Origin: Phoronis australis
Lineage: Eukaryota > Animalia > Phoronida
DNA: 64,000 nucleotides
Direction of reading: 5' to 3'
Assembly (NCBI GenBank): GCA_002633005.1
Contig: NMRA01000404.1
Location: 209,394 to 273,393, forward strand
Shown: piece after piece, positions 1 to 10,911 of the stretch
Position numbering within the stretch: position 1 is the stretch's first letter
How the letters are laid out: each line of letters opens with the position of its first letter
Translations under genes and position numbers: made by a program
Notes under the pieces: model-generated
Database searches by the model: none
What the model saw: only the letters and a program-made list of their open reading frames with translations
What the model was told of the DNA's origin: nothing

Positions 1-294
1 ACACACATATTGCACTGGAATTGTTGCTGGGTTTCGGTTAGATACTCTCAAATATCTGAGCGTACTTTAACAAACATAGGGTAGGTGAAGTGCAAAGGAA
101 TGTATACACCTATGTTAGAACTTGCCAATATGTGCAATTTAAATTAAATAGCAGATGGCAGGAATTGAAATCTAAGTCAAATTTGGTTAGATCCTAAAAC
201 AGCTGTTCGGTGTGTGTTATTCATAAGTTCTCGAATTACCCAGGAATCTCTTGTGCATGGTAGGTGTATGTTGGGGACCTACTTTTTGTGTAAT

Positions 295-393
295 GAATGT
301 TTCTAATGTATTCCTGTAGGTGGAGCTGAATGTTTCTAATGTATTCCTGTAGGTGAAGCTGAATGTTTCTAATGTATTCCTGTAGGTGGAGCT
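295..393 (+). repeat. 33-bp tandem repeat x3 that includes the SMARCA2/4 branch point and acceptor
   Basis: GAATGTTTCTAATGTATTCCTGTAGGTGGAGCT at 295, 328, 361. Confidence 0.95.
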
Positions 394-3300
394 GAATCAG
401 GAAGAGACGCTTCTCATCATCCGTCGTCTACACAAAGTGCTGCGTCCATTCTTGTTGAGGCGTTTGAAAAAGGAGGTGGAATCACAACTCCCTGAGAAGG
501 TAATATTTATATTTCTGCGAATGAACTGTTCACATGGAGCAGATTTCACTTACACACATGGTGTTTTCATGACCCCTTAGGCAAGACTAAACCATTTCAT
601 AACCGGCATCAGTTTGAATAACAATGCATAATGCATCAAACTGTTTCTCAAAATGTGGACATGTTATATCCGACTGTTACCACCTCACTGCAGTTGTGAG
701 CCTGTCTGTTAAGGCTTTGGCATAACTTACACGTCGTGTCGTCATGTAGCTTGCGGTATCTGATAGTGTCGTTACCTGTCTATAATTTCTGTGGCTTGAA
801 ATGGGATAACAGCAAGTCTCTGTTATATTCTACCACTCAAGTACTATCTGTGACTATATGTGAACATAAACTTCATTTCAGGTTGAGTATGTGATCAAGT
901 GTGACATGTCATGTCTACAGAGACTGCTGTATTCACACATGCAGAGTAAGGGAGTCATGCTTACTGATGGCTCTGAGAAGGATAAGAAGGTGTGTACTAG
1001 CTTTACTTTTTTAGTCCAGTTTCTTTGTAGCAAGATCACAAATTTTCTTTATAACTTTTGTTATAGACAATAAAAGTGGGTTTGTGACAGTGGTAGGTCT
1101 TGGGTGTTAAAAGGGGAAGACAAATATTTGTGACAGCCCTTAAATGAGAATGCTAGTCCTGTTTCTTTCCATTTTTTGGAGAGGTCCCTGTCCCACAAAT
1201 CTGTCTGTGTACTCGGGGTTCCTGGTCCCCAAATCTGTCTGCGTGATTTAAGCGATACCAGTCTGCCAGTACCTGTTCATAATTGTAATTAACATTGAAC
1301 TTAATGACACAGTACGGAACTCAAACATAAGTAATACATGGCACATGTAGTACAACAATTGTCACTGCACCACTGTGTTGCTACTGTGTACTGAAGCACA
1401 TTTTATCAAGGTGCAAGTCTGTCTTGATCAATATTTAAGGCTATGTTGACTTGTAAATGCTTTTTTGTTATTGACGAATCGTATGATTTTTTATGTTTTT
1501 GCCATAGAATAGTTCTTTAGATCTTGGTAAACATCTCAATATCCTTTATTTCTTATCAATAAGCAGTCCTTGAAGTATTGTTTGTGTCCCCTTGCCCCCT
1601 CTAATTCCTCTAAGATTGGTGGGCTGGTTGGTAAAATATTTTGTTCATTGTCGAGGTTCACTAAGTTTTGTTGCAAAACTTAATTCTTGCGACAGATTGC
1701 GAATAAAACTGTTCTGGTGCATATCCGTATGCTGGAAGTGTATTCTATGTTATGCTCATACTAGAAGTTCATATTTACCCTGTCGGTGTGTACATTGTAG
1801 GGCCGAGGTGGCACCAAGACTCTGATGAACACTATAATGCAGCTGAGGAAGATCTGTAACCATCCGTTCATCTTCCCTCACATTGAGGAGGCCTTTGCAG
1901 AGTTCAGTGGACAGGGTGGCGTTGTCTCTGGGTAAGGATGTGCACAGTGAAGGAGTGCTTGTGTGTCGTCTCTGGGTAGGACTGTGCACAGTGAAGGAGT
2001 GCTTGTGTGTCGTCTCTGGGTAGGGCTGTGCACAGTGAAGGAGTGCTTGTGTGTCGTCTCTGGGTAGGGCTGTGCACAGTGAAGGAGTGTTTGTGTGTGT
2101 CATGGTTGACAATAGAATATTTTAGTTTTTTGTTACAGACACTGTTTATGCTTCATTTTAGTTAAAAACTTCGCAAAGTGGGTTTTAACGCAAATTAGTT
2201 CAGCAGAAACTTGATAGTCATTCAACACATCCTCAAATATTTTCAGACTTAACTGAATTTATTATGAATTTTTTAGTTTTAAATTATTTTCGTAGCTCAT
2301 CACCACCGCAAATGGCCGCCTGTCTTATGTATTGTGGTTACTCACTCAGCTGCTGCCATATGCATGTGCCATATGCATGCAATGTAGTTTCCAGCGAAAC
2401 CCCCCATTTTTTAAAAAACCTTCAAAATCAATAGTATAATATGGCAAACGTGTACAGGACTGAAAGTTATGAAATGTTTTTATCTTAGTAATATCGCCAA
2501 ATTTGCTGTATTCTAAGCTTTAATTTGAATATAAAGAATAATATTATCTTTATTTAAAATTTATTATAAAAGTACTTACTATGAGCCATGAATAGCCTAG
2601 TGATTAACCTTTGACCTTACATTCACTGCTGGATGTTTCAGCCATGCTCTACACTCCTAATCGACTTAAAGCTTGTTCTTTTAAAGAAAATGACTATAAA
2701 TAGTGTTTACATAATGGAGCCTCGTTATTTGACTTTATGACTGGTTTCCAGTGCTGACCTGTGGCGAGTGTCTGGCAAGTTTGAACTGATGGATCGTATC
2801 CTGCCCAAGCTGAAGTTCTTTAACCATCGCTGCCTCATCTTTTGCCAGATGACCTCGCTCATGAGTATACTAGAGGACTACTTTCTCAGTAAAGGTAAGT
2901 CCCAACAACACCTGAGGGGCCCGTAAAAATGCCCCAGTGGCCCGTGAAACAAAACTCAGGTGTCCGTGAAGCAACACTCCGGTGGCCTGTGAAACAGCAC
3001 CCCAGGGACCTGTGAAACAACACTCCAGGGGCCATGAAAACAACATCCCAGGGGCACGTGAAACAACACCCCAGGTGCCTGTGAAACAAGAAGTACTCAC
3101 TTGATGCACCAGTTGTGTTGACGGGGCTTTACATTCATCTAAAACAAACTCATCTTCTCACAGCACCAAATTTGTAATCTGTTTCTAGATTTACGTCTAC
3201 GTTGATTTTTTTAAAATCCCCCTGTAAGCTTGTGAAGTCTAGTTGAGAGAAAGGTAAATGAAGGAAGGACTTGAAGTCTTATCAAGTGTGAACAGCTTTC

Positions 3301-6300
3301 TTGTCTGTCTGTGCGCATGCATTGATACCTTGTGTTCTTAAATTTGCTTATCAACAATTAACAAAACATTCTTGCTCTTGTAGGTCATAAGTATCTCCGT
3401 CTGGACGGTACAACCAAGTCAGAGGACCGTGGCGCCATGCTAAAGTTGTTCAACGTATCCAACTCTGAGTACTTTATCTTTCTCCTCAGTACACGAGCAG
3501 GTGGCCTGGGACTCAACCTGCAGGCTGCTGACACTGTCATCATCTTTGACTCGGACTGGAATCCTCACCAGGTGGGGCTATAGAATCAGTGTTCTATACT
3601 GGCTCTGTGGAATAGAGTAGACATGAGTCCTTCAGACGTCAGGCACTTCAAGATTCTAATATGTTGCAAATCTAATCAATAAGACTTCATTTTGAACATT
3701 CTTTGTGACAATGGAGCAGCGTCATTATGTCAAGTGCAGAGTTCACAGTAAATGTTGTGTGAAGAAGTTGTTTGGTTCTAATAGAAGGCTGCACTTGTCA
3801 TCCTCATTAGAAATATTCAAATTAATCCTTCATTGCATCATCTCCAACAGGACATGCAAGCCCAGGACCGCGCTCATCGTATTGGTCAGAAGAACGAGGT
3901 GCGTGTGTTGCGTTTGATGACAGTCAACTCCATCGAGGAGAGGATTCAAGCGGCGGCCCGCTATAAGTTGAATGTGGACGAGAAGGTTATTCAGGCAGGA
4001 ATGTTCGATCAGAAGTCGACGGTGTCCGAGCGCCGACAGTTCCTACAAGCCATTCTACTACAAGAACAGGAAGGAGACGAGGTAAGACGGGGTGGAACTA
4101 AGTTACTCTTCAAACATTGAACATTACGTAAAGTTGTCTTTACAGTGGACTCTACTGGTACTCACTGTAGTTCTTATCTTGCTGTTTGTCTTTACTTTAT
4201 AGGAGGAGGATGAGATTCCTGATGATGAGACTATTAACCAGATGTTGGCCAGGACTGAGGATGAGTTTGACCAGTATCAGGTCAGTATTGCTAAAACTGT
4301 GTTGTACTGGTTGAGTTATGTCATATTGTGAGTTGCCTGCTGACAACACTATTAACCAGATGTTGGCCAGGACTGAGGATGAGTTTGACCAGTATCAAGT
4401 CAGTATTGCTAAAACTGTGTTGTACTGGTTGAGTTATGTCATATTGTGAGGCCTGCTGACAACACTATCAACCAGATGTTAGCCAAGTCTGACAATGGTT
4501 TTAACCAGTACCAGCCATTATTGTGTTGTAATGGTCAACTAATGCGTTATGGTGACATTGACATGCATTTTTCCAACTTCTTTATTCATTTGTGTCAGCA
4601 CGCAGTGAAGCTCCTATAAGTTGGACTTATCAAATCTTCAAAACTCTGACAAGTGTCACAGCACAGTTCTAGTTGATACAACCCTTTACATAACTCACTT
4701 TTCCCCCACTAGGAGGCAGTCTGCTGCTGTGGCTGTGCCCACTTTTTCAGGTTGCATAGTAACTAGTTATTAGCCTTCATTTTGGAGATGGTGGTGCCAT
4801 CTCTTGTTTTAGCTGTCGTGTAATAATGTAATCTATGCTTTCCGTTTTCAGCGTATGGACTTGGAACGCCGCCGTGTCGAAGCTCGTGATCCTAAACGTA
4901 AGCCTCGCCTATTGGAAGAAGATGAATTACCTAATTGGCTGGTTAAGGATGAAAAGGAGGCGAGTATTGTGACCTTGGTGTATCATTCATTTTAAACACT
5001 TCTGGACTTTGAAGCTTGACTCATGTTCTTGAAAAGACTGTCGAACTGTGTTACAACAAATATTCCCTGAACCTTCCTGTAATATTCATCAGGGCTTGGA
5101 ATTACCAATGACAAAAAACGCGGAAACTTTGAAACTTTTACTGCCCAAATCATGCCCGATAAACACCCTTGAAATGGTCTATGTGAACCTTTCCCCGACA
5201 AAAATCGGGAGGACTAAAAAAAATAATAAAAAAAAATAAAAAAAACGTTACCACCATCAGTAGCATACGTCTGCGTCCTTTTAGCTCGCCCGTCCACTCC
5301 CAACCCACACATTTTTGGCTGCAGAGCGGTAGTATCTGTCGCTGCGCTTAACAATAACACGAGACGCCATTGAAACTCCCACCACGCTGTCCCAGATGCC
5401 CCGGCAATGTTGACAATTTACGTTCCTCTGAAACATAAAGAGCAACTTCCGCTTTTCGAGGTGAACGTCGTCTGCAACGCCGCGGAAATTTTATATCAAA
5501 TCCTATTTTTTTACGCGGAAATATTATAAAAAAAGCGGAAAGCACATTTGAAAAAAGCCGAAATCCGCGTTTCCGCGGAAAATTCCAAGCCCTGATTCAT
5601 TGTAAGCGAAGTTTGCTGTAGTTAAATCAAGTTGTATGTAGTTGGAGTTGTCTTGACACTTGTAGAATGGAATATAACATGGTGCAGGTTTGTTATATAA
5701 TAGTGTAGTCTAAAGTCAGCTTTGTCACTCTTGTTGAGCGATGACTTTGGAACAAATTAAAGATTTAGTGAAATGAGGGTTACTGTATGCGTAGGTATTG
5801 GTTGTTTTTGATTCATTTCACAACTTGTTTTTGCAGTTAATTTGGCACTCATATTTTTGTTGCCATGGAGTTAATATAATCATACAGTAAAATATTGTAT
5901 AAAATTCACCCTTAGTCTCCAGTATAAAATACAGATATATAACTCCTCATCTCTCTACACACCTGGCAAAGCATGGTACTTGCTTGAAAGTTAGTGATAA
6001 AGGCATGTTGTGTATTATACATTCGTTTTACCAGTCTCCACCACATTTATTGGTCAGAATATTTCACATTTATCAAGCCGTTAGAAAAAATAAATGTCAC
6101 ATGTTGATGAAGTAACATTCACTCTCAGATTGACCATTTAACTCCTGTCCATTTAAGTAACAGTGATGTCCAATTCACTCTCAGATTGACCATTTAAGTC
6201 ATGTCCATTTAAGTAACAGTGATGTCCATCTTCAGGTTGAACGCTTGACTCATGAAGAAGAGGAAGAGAAATACTTTGGACGCGGCTCTCGCAAACGAAC

Positions 6301-9300
6301 AGAGGTCGACTACTCCGACGCTCTTACTGAGAAACAATGGTTGAAGGTAACTTGGCTGCTATACACGAATGCATTCATTTGATTGACATTTAGTTTTACA
6401 TGAAATGTGTTTTATGTAATTGTGTTTTCTGGTTTTCTACTGAATGTTCTGTGATCTCTGACTGGAGCACTAGCAGGCCTATCAGTCTCGGTCCACATCA
6501 TTACCAATAATTGTGTTGTGCCCACAATTCAATGTCCAATGATTGATCCCGTCATATTGAAGTGGACACTATTCTCCTATTGCTTGCCTTGACATATATT
6601 AGTGATCAGGTTCCAGTAAAACTGAGATGGCAAGTTTCATTTTGTGTTTAAAAAGAAGCATGCAAACCTTCAGAACTTACAAATGTAAATAAAAAATTTT
6701 TTGAACAGTGAAGTGAAGAGCAAAGCAGTATGTCTTTCAGGGGTGATGCCTTTTGTAAACTGTGGTTTGAAGCTCCGATAAAATCAGAATAAGAAATGAG
6801 TGAAGTTGAGCCTTACTGTAGGCAGTGGGACAACACTTATCTGGGCAATTATTTCATCAAAATGTTTTCTGTGTTCAGATGGGTCTGCAATGACGTACAA
6901 AGAAACACAGATGCTCGACGCATCTATAAATATAATATGCTTGTTTTTGGATAGAAAAATGAAATTTCCTTCTCAATGTTATCAAGACTGTTGTCAAGTT
7001 GTGCAAAAAATTTACAGAATGTCATAAACTTGTTTTTAAGTCATTGAATTTGTAATGGTGAGTTGCTCAATGTTATATGTGGTAACTTGCAGGCTATTGA
7101 GGAGGGAACCCTCGACGAGTTGGAAGAAGAAACTCCGAAGAAGGTGAAGAAGAAGCGCATTAAGCAAGATGAAGAAGACAGTGAAGAGCCACCAAAGAAG
7201 AAGAGACGGGGCCGACCTCCTGCGGAGAAGATGACACCCAATCCCAAGAAGTTGACAAAGATGATGAGGAAGTTGATTTCTGTAGTCATTGCATACAAGG
7301 ACAGGTGAGTGGGGCCAGTTAAAGGGCTTGATTATTGGCCAGTCATTTAATACACTTTGTCCAACCAACTTTCAAAAAATATTGCTTTATCAAAGTTATG
7401 GTGAAATAATTAACCATTGGTATAAAAGTATGCAAATTTTTTTGTTTCAGTGATGACCGTGTGCTTAGTGAAGCCTTTCTGGAATTGCCGTCTCGCAAGA
7501 AGCTGCCCGACTACTATGAAGTTATTAAAAAGGCAGTGGACTTCAAGAAAATTAAAGTAAGGGTGTTGAGGTCTCTTTTCCGATGTCTTGCTAACTTTGT
7601 GTTGTGTGTTAAATGTGTTGTTTTGGTGATCTTGCCTAAGGTTGGCTTGTTGACATGATGATTTATGGCAAGACAAGCAGCTATGTTAGTGTAACTACTG
7701 TAGGCAAAACAGTTTGGACAAATTAAAGTTGAAGGGATAACTTTAAGGTGGCTTTTGAGCTTTATTTCTTATTTGTGATTGGTAATTATTACTCTTAAAT
7801 TTTGATTTTTGCAGCAACGCATTGAAGAGCACAGATATCGCAGTCTTGACGATTTAGAAAAGGATATGATGCTGCTTTGTAAGAACGCTCAGCGATACAA
7901 TATAGAAGGATCATTGGTAAGTCTTGCGTTACGTTAAAGCAATAATATGTGTCAAAATATTCGTCAAGGATGACTAATGCTTCACACCAAACGTCTAAGT
8001 GCGTCCCAAGGTCTTGACGAGACAGGCCAGACTGTCAGCACTGAGGTCATTATGACAGCTTCGCTGTTCACTGTTTATTGCATAGTGTACCTGAAGTTGT
8101 AGGTTGTATGTGTTCAAATAAGCCACAGGCAATTTTGTGCTACATTGCTGACTTTACTAATGTAAGACCTAAATACAGAACCAGTTGTGTATGAATTCTA
8201 AAACACCTGGAAATATACAAGACTACATTATGACACCCATTTCGTCCACAATTCTCGCAGATTTTTAATTTTAAATCGATTGCTTCCTGGTGAGGTGCTT
8301 GATCTTGGTTTGAGACAGTTCAGCAAAATAATTTTGACCATAGATCCAATCTCCCAGGAGATGAAGAGTCTCTTGCTATCAATATCAGGAGTCAGTTGTG
8401 TTTATCAGTATGCTATAATCATGTATTTCAGATTTTTGAGGACTCCATTGTACTCCAGTCAGTGTTCACGAATGCTCGTGAGAGACTGGAAAATGATGGG
8501 AACCTGCCAACACCTAGCAACAGTGACAGCGAGGACCAGAATGACGATGGTGACGGCGATGACGATGAGGACTCTTCGATGAAAATGAAAATAAAATTAA
8601 GCAGAGAAAGTGGGAGGAAGGTGAGACGAGCACATTTCTCAGGTCACAGTTAATGAGCCAATAAACTTGTCCTTTTTGTCCAATAATTTTTTATTTTAGC
8701 CACTTACTGATATTAAATTAGATCCTCTTGTTCCTTTCTCAAATCAGGAAAGAATTAATCTTTGACTTGGAAAAAACTGGCAGGCTCATGAAGAGGCTTG
8801 TCATGATGGGTTAGTTCCAGATGCCAAGGTAAACAGGCCGTCAGGAATTCTTGGAAAATTTATTGTTACCAATTTCAATTCAAAGGATAAGAAAGCAACA
8901 TTTGACTTTGGAAGAGGAAATACACTTGTGAAGAAAATTGCTATTGTCAAGACCAGAACATGTCGGCTTTATTGTTTTTTGCCGTCGAGTCGTGTGGATT
9001 TTAGGAGTTGGTTGAATTAATTAAAAAAATCATATCCCTTGTGCCCGTCTTTATTTTGAATTTCCTTCAGCACGACTGGTTTGCTGCAACGTCTGGTCAG
9101 TGAACATGTTAACAGTGCCTTACATGGTTAATATTTCTTGTCACAGTTTGTATCTCACTTTATTTCAGGAGAAGAGTAGTCGTAAGCGCAAGTCTATCAA
9201 GCCACGACCAGTCATAAGTGATGACGACACGGAAGAGGATGAAGTGGTGCGTATTACTGACATTTAGGTGGACATGTTACTGTGACAGTGTTGGGTGGAT

Positions 9301-10004
9301 ACGTCACCATGGCACTGTTGGGTGGAGTGATTACCATGGCACTGTTGGGTGGAGTGATTACCGTGACACTGTGGGGTGGACACGTCACCATGACAGTTGG
9401 GTGGACAGGTCACTGTAACAGTGTTGGGTGGACACATTACCGTGACGCTGTTGGGTGGATGTGCCAAGACAGTACTTTATTTTTTGACATGTTCACTCTG
9501 GCGTTGCTTCAGATCAATTTCAGACACATGTTAACTTGTCGTGTTTAAAGGTTCCTAAATATTGCTATACATAATTAACATACTGATTTTGTTACAATAA
9601 ACCATGATGCACATTATGCCTTAGCTTGGCTAGAGAATTCTGTAGGCTTTTATTTAATATACTTAACTGCAATACACAAATGCAATGTGATAAAAAGTAA
9701 AGATAATTTCATGAAGTGCCTTGTAATGTTTTATGGACATCCTGTACATTTGATTGTAAGTCTTCATTTCCACTTCCACGAAACTGCTGCCCTTAAAACA
9801 GTGGTATGCTTGGGCCTTAGCTGGGTATATGATAAATGATGAAGTGGTCTCTTGCTGCAGTATTCCTTAATAATGACTTCATCATGACTAACCTTGACCT
9901 TAACATTGTGTTGCTAGGATACAGATGAAGACAGTGAGATAACAGGATCACACACATCCTCGCGCGTGTCCTCACCTGCTCCAGGATCTAGCAAAAGAAA
10001 ATAA
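386..10004 (+). CDS. SMARCA4: SWI/SNF ATPase brahma/BRG1 (SMARCA2/4), 3' part (SNF2 ATPase C-terminal half, helicase C, SnAC, AT-hook, bromodomain); 5' end lies upstream of the window
   Basis: 15 phase-consistent exons: 386-499, 882-989, 1801-1931, 2752-2894, 3384-3571, 3851-4081, 4203-4280, 4852-4959, 6236-6346, 7093-7304, 7451-7556, 7815-7916, 8432-8620, 9169-9246, 9918-10004 (TAA). Motifs [85 protein letters not shown]. Invertebrates normally have one brm gene, co-orthologous to SMARCA2 and SMARCA4. Confidence 0.97.
1921..2100 (+). repeat. 44-bp tandem repeat x4 that includes the exon 1801-1931 donor
   Basis: CTCTGGGTA at 1926, 1970, 2014, 2058. Confidence 0.95.
2900..3090 (+). repeat. 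~22-bp degenerate minisatellite immediately after a donor site
   Basis: GTGAAACAACAC(C/T)CCAGGGGCC-like units, about 8 copies. Confidence 0.85.
4230..4515 (+). repeat. ~117-bp tandem duplication (2.5 copies) of an exon end plus donor
   Basis: ACTAT(T/C)AACCAGATGTT at 4230, 4348, 4464. Confidence 0.9.
5090..5594. mobile_element. Non-autonomous TIR DNA transposon, hAT-like termini, 6-bp TSD
   Basis: 14-bp perfect TIR CAGGGCTTGGAATT/AATTCCAAGCCCTG, direct repeat ATTCAT at 5084-5089 and 5595-5600, subterminal CGCGGAAA repeats. Confidence 0.85.
6115..6230 (+). repeat. 56-bp tandem duplication abutting the acceptor at 6235
   Basis: TTCACTCTCAGATTGACCATTTAA...GTAACAGTGATGTCCA at ~6118 and ~6174. 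Confidence 0.9.
9262..9465 (+). repeat. ~30-bp minisatellite just downstream of a donor
   Basis: GTGACACTGTTGGGTGGA..TTACC units, about 7 copies. Confidence 0.85.
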
Positions 10005-10600
10005 GCATGGCACTTGACAGGATACACTTATAAAGCAAAAAGCTGTTTCTGTCATCTGTAAAATGGGAATATTATTGGCCTAGCTTCACATTCACTGTAC
10101 CACTGACTTTAATGTCCCGTTGTCACTAGGATAGTTATGTACTTGCCCTACATGTATCCATTGAAACCTCATTATGACATACATCATTGTATTTTCAAAA
10201 ATCTGTAGTTGTAAGGATAGTTTATTGTAACCACTGTGGACTCAACATTAAGTAAAATCGGGACTTCGAAGGTTTTTGAGCAATATCGCTGTTAGCGTTC
10301 GAAGCAGTTTATGCATTTACATGGTTCGACTGTACAGCTTAGGGCTCCAGTTGTGGCTTGCTGGTTCTATTTTTCTACTGAATCAAATTTGTTTAATCCG
10401 AAGGATTCCTTACTTGAAACAGGTCTTTGTTGTATTTAGTTGTTGCGTTAGTAGACATGACTGTTTAGATGGTATTACACTTGTATGCTCGTACTTTTGT
10501 GTAGTTGTAATTAATGTAACAAGTGTACGGTACAAAACAACTTGTCTTTTTACTTGACACGTTCACATTATGAACCACTTGGTAACTTGTTACAAACACA

Positions 10601-10606
10601 AATAAA
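10601..10606 (+). terminator. Candidate polyadenylation signal of the SMARCA2/4 gene
   Basis: AATAAA ~600 bp after the stop codon, followed ~100 bp later by a GT/T-rich tract. Confidence 0.5.
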
Positions 10607-10911
10607 GGGCTTCAAACTAACACTTGCCAAACAGTTGGAAACTAAAAACACATGACAAGCCGTGTGACTATACATCTTGGAACTCTATGAAAGTGTCTTA
10701 AAGCAAGTGGTGGGTTTTTTCTGTTTTGTCTTGTGGTTTTTGCATTTTTCCATTTCACACGGTTGGCTGTGGAAATAATACGTTTTTACTAATTCATAGT
10801 AGAACAAGTTAGAAGCAATGTTGGTAATCAATCATGTTCACAATGCTGACACATCACTCTGAATATCTTGGTAGAAAAACATTACAACACACAGTGAAGT
10901 GTAATACTCTA

